Positions 27,457-36,417 of a stretch of 64,000 bases of DNA are shown piece after piece. How positions within the stretch are numbered: the first letter of the stretch is position 1; the number at the start of each line of letters is the position of its first letter. The notes under the pieces are model-generated. The model saw only the letters and a program-made list of their open reading frames with translations. It searched no databases and was not told the origin of the DNA. This DNA comes from an uncultured Eubacteriales bacterium (GTDB taxonomy: Bacteria > Bacillota > Clostridia > Oscillospirales > CAG-272), in assembly GCA_934503195.1 (NCBI GenBank), contig CAKSVM010000003.1, positions 10,267-74,266 of the forward strand, read 5' to 3'. A program made the position numbers and the translations under genes.

Positions 27457-28935
27457 ATGAAGAAAAAACTCGCGTTTATCGCGGCTCTGCTGGCCGCGGC
27501 ACAACTTTTCGCGTGCGGAAGCGAAGGGACGGCCGAAAATACGTCCGACCCCGTCTCAACGACGACCACGGAGGCGGGCGGTGAAACACGTCTTTCGACT
27601 CTGCCCGAAAATCTGAATTTCGACAAGACCGAAGTCAAGATTCTCTACTGGCTCGGACAGGGCGAATGTGCTTATGAACAAACCGGAGATATTGTCGACG
27701 ACGCGCTCTACAATCGGAACATAGCGGTCGAGGACCGCCTTGGCGTAAAAATTACGGATATTGAGCGCGCTTTCACTTGGGACACCCGCGCGGAGTACAT
27801 CGACGTAATCCGGCAGAGCGTAATGGCCGGAGACGACTCTTTCGATATCGTCAGCGGCCACTACTATGTGATGCCTATGCTGATTCCCGACGGCGTTCTG
27901 CTTCCGCTCAACGAGACGAAATACATCAACTTCGAAAACCCATGGTGGGTTCATGGACTTGTCGAAGAGACCGCGATCGGCGGAAAAGTCTATCTGGCGT
28001 CGGGCGAAATTTCGATTTCCAACATCAAAGAGCTGAGCTGTTTCTTCTACAACAAGCGACTTGTTGAGGAATACTCGATCGAAGATCCCTACAAGCTCGT
28101 CGATTCCGGCGAATGGACGCTTGACAAGCTGATAAAGCTAACCTCTGACATCTATTCCGACCTCGACAACGACGGAAAAAAGTCGATCAACGACCTCTAC
28201 GGATGCTATTTCTACAACGATAACGCAATCTACCCGATGCTGACCGGAGCCGGGATCCAGCTGACAACGCTCAACAAGGACGGCTATCCCGAGCTGACCT
28301 TCGGAACCGAAAAGATGATTGAAGTGATGGACAAGCTCTCGGATTTCATACAAAACGCTGAAGGCTCACTTCTCCCCGGCTATGTTTCCGGATTTGGTAC
28401 AGGCGGCGCAGGCGGAATCGACATTAAAAACGCCTTCGCGAACGGACTCGGAGTGTTCACAACCGGACTTGTTCGCGACGCGGCAAACATTTATAACGCT
28501 ATGAAAGACGATTTCGGTGTCCTCCCAACCCCGAAATACGACGAAAATCAGGAGAAATACCTGACACTCCTCAACGAAAACTGCACACCGTTCGGAATCA
28601 CCGCCACAGCGAAGAATCTCGACGCGGTTTCGGCGGCTATGGAAGCTCTCTGCGAGGAAAATCACTACACAGTGTCGCCCGTGTACTTTGAAACCGCGCT
28701 GAAGGTCAAGTATTCACGCGACGACGAATCCGCAAAGATGTTTGACCTTATCCGCGAGTCGGCGACCTACGATTTTGGGCGTCTTTACGGCGGCGCGGCC
28801 GGAGTTTCGCTCAGCATCGATATAAAAGGCGCGGTAAAAAATGATACAAGCTGGGCTTCGACTTACGCGTCGAAGAAAGACGCCGCCAAAGCCGCGATCG
28901 ACAGCTTCATCGAAAGTGTGAAAAGCCTCGGTTAA
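27457..28935 (+). CDS. Extracellular solute-binding-type lipoprotein, paralog 4
   Basis: Lipobox QLFAC|GS. Blocks DSFDI, ENPWW, DLDNDGKKSINDLYG, FGVLPTPKYDENQEKY, YFETALKVKYSRDDES. Confidence 0.8.
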   Translation: MKKKLAFIAALLAAAQLFACGSEGTAENTSDPVSTTTTEAGGETRLSTLPENLNFDKTEVKILYWLGQGECAYEQTGDIVDDALYNRNIAVEDRLGVKITDIERAFTWDTRAEYIDVIRQSVMAGDDSFDIVSGHYYVMPMLIPDGVLLPLNETKYINFENPWWVHGLVEETAIGGKVYLASGEISISNIKELSCFFYNKRLVEEYSIEDPYKLVDSGEWTLDKLIKLTSDIYSDLDNDGKKSINDLYGCYFYNDNAIYPMLTGAGIQLTTLNKDGYPELTFGTEKMIEVMDKLSDFIQNAEGSLLPGYVSGFGTGGAGGIDIKNAFANGLGVFTTGLVRDAANIYNAMKDDFGVLPTPKYDENQEKYLTLLNENCTPFGITATAKNLDAVSAAMEALCEENHYTVSPVYFETALKVKYSRDDESAKMFDLIRESATYDFGRLYGGAAGVSLSIDIKGAVKNDTSWASTYASKKDAAKAAIDSFIESVKSLG

Positions 28936-28960
28936 TCACATATCCGGATTCAAAACCGAT

Positions 28961-28989
28961 AAAAAATCCGCCTTGCGGCGGATTTTTTT
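28961..28989. terminator. Bidirectional terminator between SBP paralogs 4 and 5
   Basis: A6-TCCGCC-ttgc-GGCGGA-T7. Confidence 0.75.
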
Positions 28990-28998
28990 GTTGTGTTT

Positions 28999-30456
28999 TC
29001 AGTCCAGTTCCTTGAGCTTTTCAAGCGTAGTATCAAGCTTCGTCTGCGAAGTCGGCTCCCACGAGGCCATGAACGAAGCCCAGTTCGAGTCGAGCGTCGC
29101 GACTTTTCCCTTGAACGTGTTCTGCGGGTCGCCGATCGCCATCGTGAACGAGGTCGCGAAGCTGAACGTGACCGACGATTTGATCAGATCGAACATCTGC
29201 GAAGTCTCGTCGTCGCGCGAATACTTGACCTTCAGCGCGGTCTCGAAGTAGGCCGGCGAAACGGTTCGGTAACTTTCGGACGCGAAGCATTCGAGAACGG
29301 CCGCCGACATCTGCGCGTCGTTCGCCGTCTTCGGGATGCAGAAGCTCGAATAGGTCGCGCGCGCCGTCGTGCGATACTCTTCCTGCGCATCGTCGTACTT
29401 CGGGAAGGGGATCACACCGTAATCAAACGCGCTGATATCGCGGTAGGTCGTGGTGTCCTTGAATTCTCCGGTGCAGAAAAGCACGCGGCCCTCCTTGAAC
29501 GCGGTGTCGAAGGCCTCTTCATCCTTCTTTCCGGTGATAAACGAATTGTTGTCCTTGAAGAGCGACACGAGTTTCTGCTCCGCGTCGACGACTTTTTCGG
29601 AACTGAATATATATTTTGACGGATATCCGTCCGCGTCGCGCTGTAAAATCGGCAGATTGAACGAATCGAGGAAGCCGTAGAGCTGGTTGAAGCTTCCGGT
29701 CGCGAATCCGAACTGATCCTTCGCGGACTTCAGACCGTCGCCGTCGAGATCAGAATAGACGTCCTTAGTAAGTTCGACGACCTTATCAATCGTCCATTTT
29801 CCGCTGTAATCGGCGCAAAGTTTCTTGTTGTAGAACACGCACATCATGCCATTGATCAGTCCGAGCGACGCGTCGCCCGACGCGAACCAGAGCTTCCCGT
29901 CGACCGCAAGTTCGTCGAGCAGGCCGTTCGACCACCATGGCTTCTCAAAATCAAGGTAATCGAGCGTGCTGAGGTTGGTCAGAAGTCCGTCGAGCGTCAG
30001 CGTCGCGAGCTGATTCGACAGCACCGCGCAGAGATCGTACGCGCCGTCAGACGCCATGACGCTCTGCTTGATCGCGCCGTTGAAGGTGTCGCGGTCGCCC
30101 CACTCGCCGGGCATCGTGATGTAATTCAGCTTGACGCCGATTCGCTCTTCGATTTTAGAATTTCGTTTCACGAGCGCGTCGTCGACAATGTCTCCGGTCT
30201 GCTCATCGACGAAGAATTCGGTCGGAGCGACCTTTTCGCGGACGAGAATGTTAAAAGTTTTGCCGCCGAAATTTGTGTCGGCCGGGATCGAATCGAGCAA
30301 AAATCCGTTGGCGTCGTGCGTGTTGTCGATCGGCTCGGCGGTCGTTTCGCCCGAAGGCGTCGTTGTCGTTGAGCCGCCCTGACTCGGCGAATCGCCGCAG
30401 GCGGCCAGCGAAGCGAGCATTGAGACGAGGATGAGGGTTGAAATGAGTCTTTTCAT
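28999..30456 (-). CDS. Extracellular solute-binding-type lipoprotein, paralog 5
   Basis: Start at the ATG at 30456 (MKRLISTLILVSMLASLAAC|GD) with a GAAGGA RBS. Blocks GAYDL, EKPWW, DLDGDGLKSAKD, YGVIPFPKYDDAQEEY, YFETALKVKYSRDDE. Confidence 0.8.
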   Translation of the reverse strand: MKRLISTLILVSMLASLAACGDSPSQGGSTTTTPSGETTAEPIDNTHDANGFLLDSIPADTNFGGKTFNILVREKVAPTEFFVDEQTGDIVDDALVKRNSKIEERIGVKLNYITMPGEWGDRDTFNGAIKQSVMASDGAYDLCAVLSNQLATLTLDGLLTNLSTLDYLDFEKPWWSNGLLDELAVDGKLWFASGDASLGLINGMMCVFYNKKLCADYSGKWTIDKVVELTKDVYSDLDGDGLKSAKDQFGFATGSFNQLYGFLDSFNLPILQRDADGYPSKYIFSSEKVVDAEQKLVSLFKDNNSFITGKKDEEAFDTAFKEGRVLFCTGEFKDTTTYRDISAFDYGVIPFPKYDDAQEEYRTTARATYSSFCIPKTANDAQMSAAVLECFASESYRTVSPAYFETALKVKYSRDDETSQMFDLIKSSVTFSFATSFTMAIGDPQNTFKGKVATLDSNWASFMASWEPTSQTKLDTTLEKLKELD

Positions 30457-30515
30457 GATTTTTCCTTCTATAATCAAAGCATTTTCGCGGAGCGAATGTC
30501 AGTAATGCTGTATCA

Positions 30516-30544
30516 ATTATAGCATAAAAATCAAGATATGTCAA
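30516..30544 (-). promoter_or_regulatory. Promoter of SBP paralog 5
   Basis: Minus strand: TTGACA, 17 nt, TGcTATAAT. Confidence 0.65.
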
Positions 30545-30616
30545 TAGCTTTTTGAGAAATCAAGCAATTTTTGAGTGGGTGATTGCATAAATCGAGCAAT
30601 ACATTTGTAAAAACTG

Positions 30617-31822
30617 TTACGAAAGCTTCAGCCTTTTTGCCGCATAGATGTAGAACAGCATACAGCTCGAATACCATTCGGACGACGGCGACGGCGCGCC
30701 CGAAATCGGGTCAAGCTCCTGACCGAACTTCATCTCGTCGAAGCATTTTGTCCAAGCTTCGACCCACATTTTGCAGATGTAATCGAAGTCTTCTGAATAA
30801 CCAAAATCATCCATCCAGCGCGTGCAGCGAAGGTCAATAAGTCCCTCGGTGAAGTAGCCCCAGCAGTTTCTTTCAGCGTGTCCAGCCGTAGAGGGATCGC
30901 AGACCGCCATCGACGGGAATGGATACTTTGTCCAGAATTCATCCGGATTTTTAAGATGCTTATTGTAGATTTTGTTGATCATATCGGCATCCTCAGCCGG
31001 ATCAAGCACCTTTTCGAGGAAGAGATGCAGGATTGTCGACGAAAGGAATTTGCGCTTGTTCCCCGCTCTGTCGACGTCGTAAAAGAACGCGTCATCGGGG
31101 TCATAACAATACCGAAACAGTCTTTCCTTCACGTCTTTGGCACGCGCGAGATACTTGGATTCCGTGTTAAAAAGTCCAAGTTTATTCGCCATTTTCGCAA
31201 TCGCGATTTCGGTCACGTAGAGATTGCAGTTCATGTCGACCGCGAGAATCGGCGTGATCCCGTCGTCGTCGGGCAGAACCGCCGCGTCGTCGCACTTGTT
31301 TCCGGGATGCGCCATGCCCGAGAGCCGCCCGCTGTTGTCGTGTCCGGTGTCAAAGCCGACGAACATTTCGACGAGTCCGCGCCCGGTGGTCATCCGGTTC
31401 GCGCGGAGCCAGCCTTCCCACTTCACCGACGCGTCGAACGCTTTGTGAAGCAATTTTTCATCTTTCGCCATTTCCGCGACTTCAAAGCAGAGCGCAGCGA
31501 ACGATACGCATTCCTGAATCTGCGAGTAACCGACCGGATTTTTACAGTTCTTCGCCTTGGCCGTGTCGAGGACAAAGCAAGGAAGCTGTCCTTCCGGAGT
31601 CTGCTTGTCGATGAAAAGTTCGATCGTATTTATCGCGATGCTGAGATATTCAGGGTACATTTTAGCGTAAAATACCGAATCGTAGACGTGTTCAAGCCAG
31701 ATTCCCGGATAAGTGGTCGAGATGAGAAAGAGCGGCTTATCCATTCCTTCGAAGCAGGCGATGTGCTGCGTTCTGATCCGCTCCTCCGCCGCCGCGGCGA
31801 GTTCCTTTATCGTATGTTCCAT
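30617..31822 (-). CDS. (alpha/alpha)6-barrel glycoside hydrolase, GH63/MGH1-like
   Basis: 401 aa. GFDTGHDNSGR matches the G-x-DNS catalytic-loop block of GH63/trehalase-like six-hairpin enzymes. No signal peptide. Confidence 0.5.
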   Translation of the reverse strand: MEHTIKELAAAAEERIRTQHIACFEGMDKPLFLISTTYPGIWLEHVYDSVFYAKMYPEYLSIAINTIELFIDKQTPEGQLPCFVLDTAKAKNCKNPVGYSQIQECVSFAALCFEVAEMAKDEKLLHKAFDASVKWEGWLRANRMTTGRGLVEMFVGFDTGHDNSGRLSGMAHPGNKCDDAAVLPDDDGITPILAVDMNCNLYVTEIAIAKMANKLGLFNTESKYLARAKDVKERLFRYCYDPDDAFFYDVDRAGNKRKFLSSTILHLFLEKVLDPAEDADMINKIYNKHLKNPDEFWTKYPFPSMAVCDPSTAGHAERNCWGYFTEGLIDLRCTRWMDDFGYSEDFDYICKMWVEAWTKCFDEMKFGQELDPISGAPSPSSEWYSSCMLFYIYAAKRLKLS

Positions 31823-31907
31823 TAGTGTAATTTCCTTTCACTTTTACGCTTGTTTTAATACTTCGATCATTATTATCATGCGCGCGTCAAGCGTTTCTTT
31901 ACAATAT

Positions 31908-31936
31908 ATTATAGCATATCCATGCGCAAATTGCAA
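31908..31936 (-). promoter_or_regulatory. Promoter of the GH63-like gene
   Basis: Minus strand: TTGCAA, 17 nt, TGcTATAAT. Confidence 0.55.
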
Positions 31937-31957
31937 TAGATTTCGCAAAAATTATTT

Positions 31958-32017
31958 TGCAACATATATTTTGCAACTTGCGTTGTATTATTTCTTCATT
32001 TTGCAACGTACGTTGCG
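31958..32017. repeat. Cluster B of the palindrome (2 copies plus a half-site)
   Basis: 31972-31987 TGCAACTTGCGTTGTA; 32002-32017 TGCAACGTACGTTGCG; half-site 31958-31963. Confidence 0.8.
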
Positions 32018-32059
32018 AATTGAAGATAAACATTTTGTCGATTTTTTTGGCAAAACCTC

Positions 32060-32088
32060 TTGAAATTATCCGAAATTTGTGCTATAAT
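32060..32088 (+). promoter_or_regulatory. Promoter of yfhO
   Basis: TTGAAA, 17 nt, TGcTATAAT. Confidence 0.6.
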
Positions 32089-32117
32089 AGATGTATAATA
32101 TCCTCGGAGGATTTCAC

Positions 32118-34709
32118 ATGAATTCAGCAAAAATGCCGCAAAAACGGCTGAAAGCTTTGCAAAACAGCCCATTTTTCTTCCCGGCGTCATCATTTCTTAT
32201 AACTTTTTGCGCGCTGACAATAGTTTTTGCGCTGATCGGAATCACGCCGTTCGGCGACCGATCGTTTCTTGTGAGCGATATGTACTCGCAGTACTCAGCC
32301 TTTCTGAGCCATTTCAGGCGGACATTTTCTGAAGGTGGGAGCCTGATCTGGAGCAGTGAAATGTCGCTCGGCGGCGGCACTTTTGGCCTGTGGTCTTATT
32401 ATTTGTTCAGTCCGTTGAATTTTCTGACGCTTCTCTTCCCAAAAGAAAGCATATCGACGGCAATCAGTCTGATAATCGCCTTAAAGCTCGCCTTCTCGGC
32501 AGCGACCGCGTCGATATTTTTCAGAAAAAGAACGCTCGCCCCGACTTTGACAATCGCGTTTTCGGCGTCATGGGCGATGAGCGGATACGCGACAATTTTC
32601 TCATTTAACATTATGTGGCTCGACGGGATGATTTTCCTTCCGCTGATACTCCACGGAATCGAAAAAATCGTCGAAAAAAAGCGCGATTTTCTATATATTT
32701 TCGCGCTGGCTGCCGCGATAATCACGAATTATTACATCGGCTTCATGATATCCGTTTTCTGCTGTCTCTGGTTCGCGGTTCTACTTTTGGAAAGCGAGTC
32801 AACGGCGTCTGAAAATGTCCGAAAAATATGTCATTTTGTAATGTCTTCGCTCCTCGCGGGCGGCATTTCGGGAGTCGTAATCGTGCCTGTTGCGTTCTCG
32901 TTACGAGGTGGAAAAGCTCAGCCGCCAAAATTGACCGATTATCTTCCGGTTATCTTCCTGATCCTCACCGCTGTGATCGCGATCGCGTCATTTTATTGTG
33001 TCTTTTTATATAAAAATTCAAGCAAGATTTTCCGAGGAATTCTCGCAGCCGTCGGTGCCATTTCACTCGGAGCAAATATCGTTCTGCTTGCCGTTCTTGG
33101 CGCAAAGTTTGATTCCACGCTGATTTCAATGCTCTTTATCAGCTCCGAACACGGCAGTGACCTTCCCGGCGGGCCGCCGATGATCTACTGCGGCGTTGGC
33201 GCGACAATTCTCGCAATTGCTTCTTTTTATAAAAACAGCTTGCCGATAAAGAGAAAATTTTCACTCGGCATCCTGCTCTTTTCGCTTATAATTTCAACGA
33301 TTGTTCCGTCACTGAACCTGATATGGCACGCTTTCAACGCGCCTACTTGGTTTCTCTATCGCTACTCGTTTCTGATAATTTTCATCATTCTCACACTTGC
33401 CGCAGAATCCAGAAATCCGCATGACAGCTGGATTTTTGCCGGGTTCACAATGTCAGCTCTGGCCGCGTTCTCGCTTGGAGACAAAAACCGCTTCACGCTT
33501 TTGTTTGTCATAGTAAATGTCGTGTTGATCGCCCTTTACACGCTGATAATCCGCTCAAAAATATATGTCATTTTATCACTATGTATTTTTCTAGAAAGCA
33601 CGTGTTCTACTTATGTAACCATACACCGTGTGACGAACATCTGGACGTCCGATTCGTACTCATCCAAGCTGAAAAGCTTCATTGCCGAGACTTCCGATGT
33701 TGTAGTATCGATAAAGAAATCAGACCCGGATTTCTATAGAATCGAAAATCAGAATCCCCGCACGCTGAACGACGCGATACTCATCGGATACAACGGAATT
33801 TCGCATTACTCGTCGGCATTTTCGACAAAAACGATCAATTATCTAATCTCACTTGGATTTTCCGGTTCAAATGCGTCGGCAAATTACAACGGTGGGACCT
33901 CAACCGCGGCCGATTCGCTTCTTGGAATAAAATATATTCTCAAAAATTCGGACAAAAATTCCAGTGTCGAAATTTATAAAAATGAAACCGCGCTCGGTGT
34001 GGCTGTATTCGCGCTTGGCGATCTGCCATACGACCTCAGCGGCGACCCATTTGAGCAGCTCGAAGCAACCTATTCTGCCCTGTGCGGGCGCGATATGGGG
34101 ATATTTGACGAAATCTCTACATCAATCGAATCTGATGATTATCACCAGCGTATCACGTTCGAACTCAATGCCGATGAGACATTATGTATGTGGGTCGAAA
34201 TTCCTGTATTTCAATCTGCGAACTATTCACTGAACGGCAGTGAGCCAAAGCCATTTCTCGACATGACAACGCACAAACTTATGAAGATTAGTTGTCGCAA
34301 GGGTACAAATATTATTGATATCGCATCGGAATATAAGCTAAATATAACAGATATCAGGATATGTCGCGAGAATATTTCAAAGCTCGAAGAAGCGAAAAGT
34401 CTGCTAAAGAGTGCGGAAATTTCGATCGAAGGTTCAAAAATCCGGATTCGGAATCCCAAAAAAATTGACGGAACGCTGTTTATTTCGATTCCATTTGACG
34501 GCGCGTTCAAGATAGTTGCCGACGGTAACGATGTCATCGCGCGCGAGGTTTTCGGTGGACTGATCGCGCTCGAAACAAACGGCGCGACAGAAATCGTAAT
34601 GCAGTACAAACTTCCGGGCTTAAAGCTCGGAGCCGCGCTGACCGGTCTCAGTCTCGCCGTGATTCTAATATTATGGAGTGCCGAAAAGTATAAAAAAATA
34701 CAAATTTAA
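32118..34709 (+). CDS. yfhO: YfhO family polytopic membrane glycosyltransferase-like protein
   Basis: About 860 aa with more than 12 TM helices and an N-terminal GITPFGDRSFLVSDMYSQY block typical of YfhO. Large C-terminal extracytoplasmic domain. ATG at 32118 follows GGAGG. Confidence 0.8.
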   Translation: MNSAKMPQKRLKALQNSPFFFPASSFLITFCALTIVFALIGITPFGDRSFLVSDMYSQYSAFLSHFRRTFSEGGSLIWSSEMSLGGGTFGLWSYYLFSPLNFLTLLFPKESISTAISLIIALKLAFSAATASIFFRKRTLAPTLTIAFSASWAMSGYATIFSFNIMWLDGMIFLPLILHGIEKIVEKKRDFLYIFALAAAIITNYYIGFMISVFCCLWFAVLLLESESTASENVRKICHFVMSSLLAGGISGVVIVPVAFSLRGGKAQPPKLTDYLPVIFLILTAVIAIASFYCVFLYKNSSKIFRGILAAVGAISLGANIVLLAVLGAKFDSTLISMLFISSEHGSDLPGGPPMIYCGVGATILAIASFYKNSLPIKRKFSLGILLFSLIISTIVPSLNLIWHAFNAPTWFLYRYSFLIIFIILTLAAESRNPHDSWIFAGFTMSALAAFSLGDKNRFTLLFVIVNVVLIALYTLIIRSKIYVILSLCIFLESTCSTYVTIHRVTNIWTSDSYSSKLKSFIAETSDVVVSIKKSDPDFYRIENQNPRTLNDAILIGYNGISHYSSAFSTKTINYLISLGFSGSNASANYNGGTSTAADSLLGIKYILKNSDKNSSVEIYKNETALGVAVFALGDLPYDLSGDPFEQLEATYSALCGRDMGIFDEISTSIESDDYHQRITFELNADETLCMWVEIPVFQSANYSLNGSEPKPFLDMTTHKLMKISCRKGTNIIDIASEYKLNITDIRICRENISKLEEAKSLLKSAEISIEGSKIRIRNPKKIDGTLFISIPFDGAFKIVADGNDVIAREVFGGLIALETNGATEIVMQYKLPGLKLGAALTGLSLAVILILWSAEKYKKIQI

Positions 34710-34744
34710 CGTCATATCTTTCGGAGTAAATTGTGTCAAAAGTA

Positions 34745-34773
34745 TTGCATTTTTCGAGATAATGTGCTATAAT
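34745..34773 (+). promoter_or_regulatory. Promoter of AraC no. 5
   Basis: TTGCAT, 17 nt, TGcTATAAT. Confidence 0.55.
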
Positions 34774-34791
34774 ATATGCGGAGGTGTTGTT

Positions 34792-35568
34792 ATGAGCGAT
34801 TTTATTTTGGATGAGCCTTTTTGTATAAAACGGTTCATTTATTCCGTAAACGGCAGTGTGAAAGCTGGCACGCAGAGCGACATTCCGGCGCGCGATTATG
34901 ACTCATTTGTCCTGATTCGCAAGGGAACTTGCAGTTACGAATTTGAACACAAAAAGTTCAAAGCCTGCCCGGGCGACATAGTGTTTCTGGCAAAGAAATT
35001 GCCGTACAAAATTCTCGTCGGCGAGGAGAAATATGAGTTCATCTATTGCGACTTTGAATTCTTCGAAGACGGTAGAACAATGCCAAAAAGCGATGTTTTC
35101 ACCCCGAAAATCCCAGTAGACAGCCTGTTTGAAGATATGTTTATCAACTTCCGCAAATGTATTTTTTACACTTCACTAATTAAGCTCTACGAGATCCTGC
35201 AAATCATCGTTGATTCGCAGGAAAAACCAGTCACCACATCAAAAAGTCGTGAAAATGTTACAAAAGCGTTGGAGTATATCAACGAAAATATCAACAATCC
35301 AACATTGAGTGTGGCGATGCTCTGTGCCAACACGGACATGAGCGAAACTTATTTCAGGCGGCAGTTCAAGGAACTTGTCGGCATAACACCGCTCGAATAC
35401 ATCACAAAAAAGCGGATCGAACTCGCAAAATACTACCTGAACTCCCCTTTTCTCACGATCGAAGAGTGTGCAACGCTGTGCGGCTTCTCTACGGCGCAGT
35501 ATTTCTCGCGGGTTTTCTATATGGAGACCGGGAAAAAGCCATTGCAGTACAGACGTCTCGAAGATTAG
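34792..35568 (+). CDS. AraC/XylS family regulator, no. 5
   Basis: Start at the ATG at 34792 (GGAGG RBS); the track ORF start lies upstream of the promoter -10. C-terminal HTH (YFRRQFKELVGITPLEYI...GFSTAQYFSRVFYMETGKKP). Confidence 0.8.
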   Translation: MSDFILDEPFCIKRFIYSVNGSVKAGTQSDIPARDYDSFVLIRKGTCSYEFEHKKFKACPGDIVFLAKKLPYKILVGEEKYEFIYCDFEFFEDGRTMPKSDVFTPKIPVDSLFEDMFINFRKCIFYTSLIKLYEILQIIVDSQEKPVTTSKSRENVTKALEYINENINNPTLSVAMLCANTDMSETYFRRQFKELVGITPLEYITKKRIELAKYYLNSPFLTIEECATLCGFSTAQYFSRVFYMETGKKPLQYRRLED

Positions 35569-36059
35569 TCACGATTCCGCAATCCTTGGTCAATAAATAG
35601 TGCGACAAGTCCGCAAAAAAGTCCGGTCACAGCACCAGAAATCACAAGAATCGGCAGATAGGCAAAAATTGCCATGCTTCTCATAACGACCGAGGCTGTT
35701 AAAATTTGTCCGATATTGTGAATGATTGCAGATATTATGCTTGTAATCCACATTTTATCGCGTTTTATCACATTTTTGACGAGAATACTTACAATCAGAC
35801 TCAATGTGGAACCTACGAGGCTGTAAATAAATGTCAGCGGCGAACCGCAGAAAATTGTTCCAAGTGTGATTCGAACCACCGTGATCAGCGCGACTTCAAT
35901 CGGCGCGAATGAATAAACTGCGCAGACGGTTATGATGTTCGCGAGTCCAAGCTTTACGCCGGGTATTGGAACTAAGTTCGGAATCCTCGTCTCAACGACG
36001 AATAAAGAGAGTGAAATTGTCGCAAAAAGCGACAATTTCACCATTTTTTTAGTTTTCAA
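35565..36059 (-). CDS. Gx transporter family protein (heptaprenyl diphosphate synthase component I-like membrane protein)
   Basis: 164 aa, 5 TM helices. N-terminal LFVVETRIPNLVPIPGVKLGLANI block characteristic of this family. 11-nt overlap with the upstream gene. Confidence 0.7.
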   Translation of the reverse strand: MKTKKMVKLSLFATISLSLFVVETRIPNLVPIPGVKLGLANIITVCAVYSFAPIEVALITVVRITLGTIFCGSPLTFIYSLVGSTLSLIVSILVKNVIKRDKMWITSIISAIIHNIGQILTASVVMRSMAIFAYLPILVISGAVTGLFCGLVALFIDQGLRNRD

Positions 36060-36417
36060 CTGTCTTCTCCGTGAAACTTATTATCAATTTATGTGGCAGG
36101 CAAACAATTGGTATAAGCTCGCTCTTAAGCTCACCCATGCTTATGCAGATTTTGTCTGGGCAGTCAGATTCGATAATCGATATTTTGCTATCCTGAATTT
36201 TTATAGTGTTTTTGCCCAATTCATTTTCAATAGTGAATATTCTGTCCGCCGATTTTTCGAGATCTATAAGTTCAACTAGTTTGCCGTCACTCGTAATTTT
36301 GACCATTTGCCCGGTCGGTGCCGACGATTTTATCAAGATGATCGTTGTGCATATTGCACATAGCACAAGGATAGCGAGCAAGATCAAAAGAGCTTTCCGT
36401 TTCAGAAGCTTAGTCAC
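36049..36417 (-). CDS. NusG domain II-containing membrane-anchored protein (DUF1312)
   Basis: 122 aa with an N-terminal TM anchor and a C-terminal DCPDKICISMG...IVCLPHKL motif typical of NusG_II proteins. 8-nt overlap with apbE. Confidence 0.7.
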   Translation of the reverse strand: MTKLLKRKALLILLAILVLCAICTTIILIKSSAPTGQMVKITSDGKLVELIDLEKSADRIFTIENELGKNTIKIQDSKISIIESDCPDKICISMGELKSELIPIVCLPHKLIISFTEKTVEN

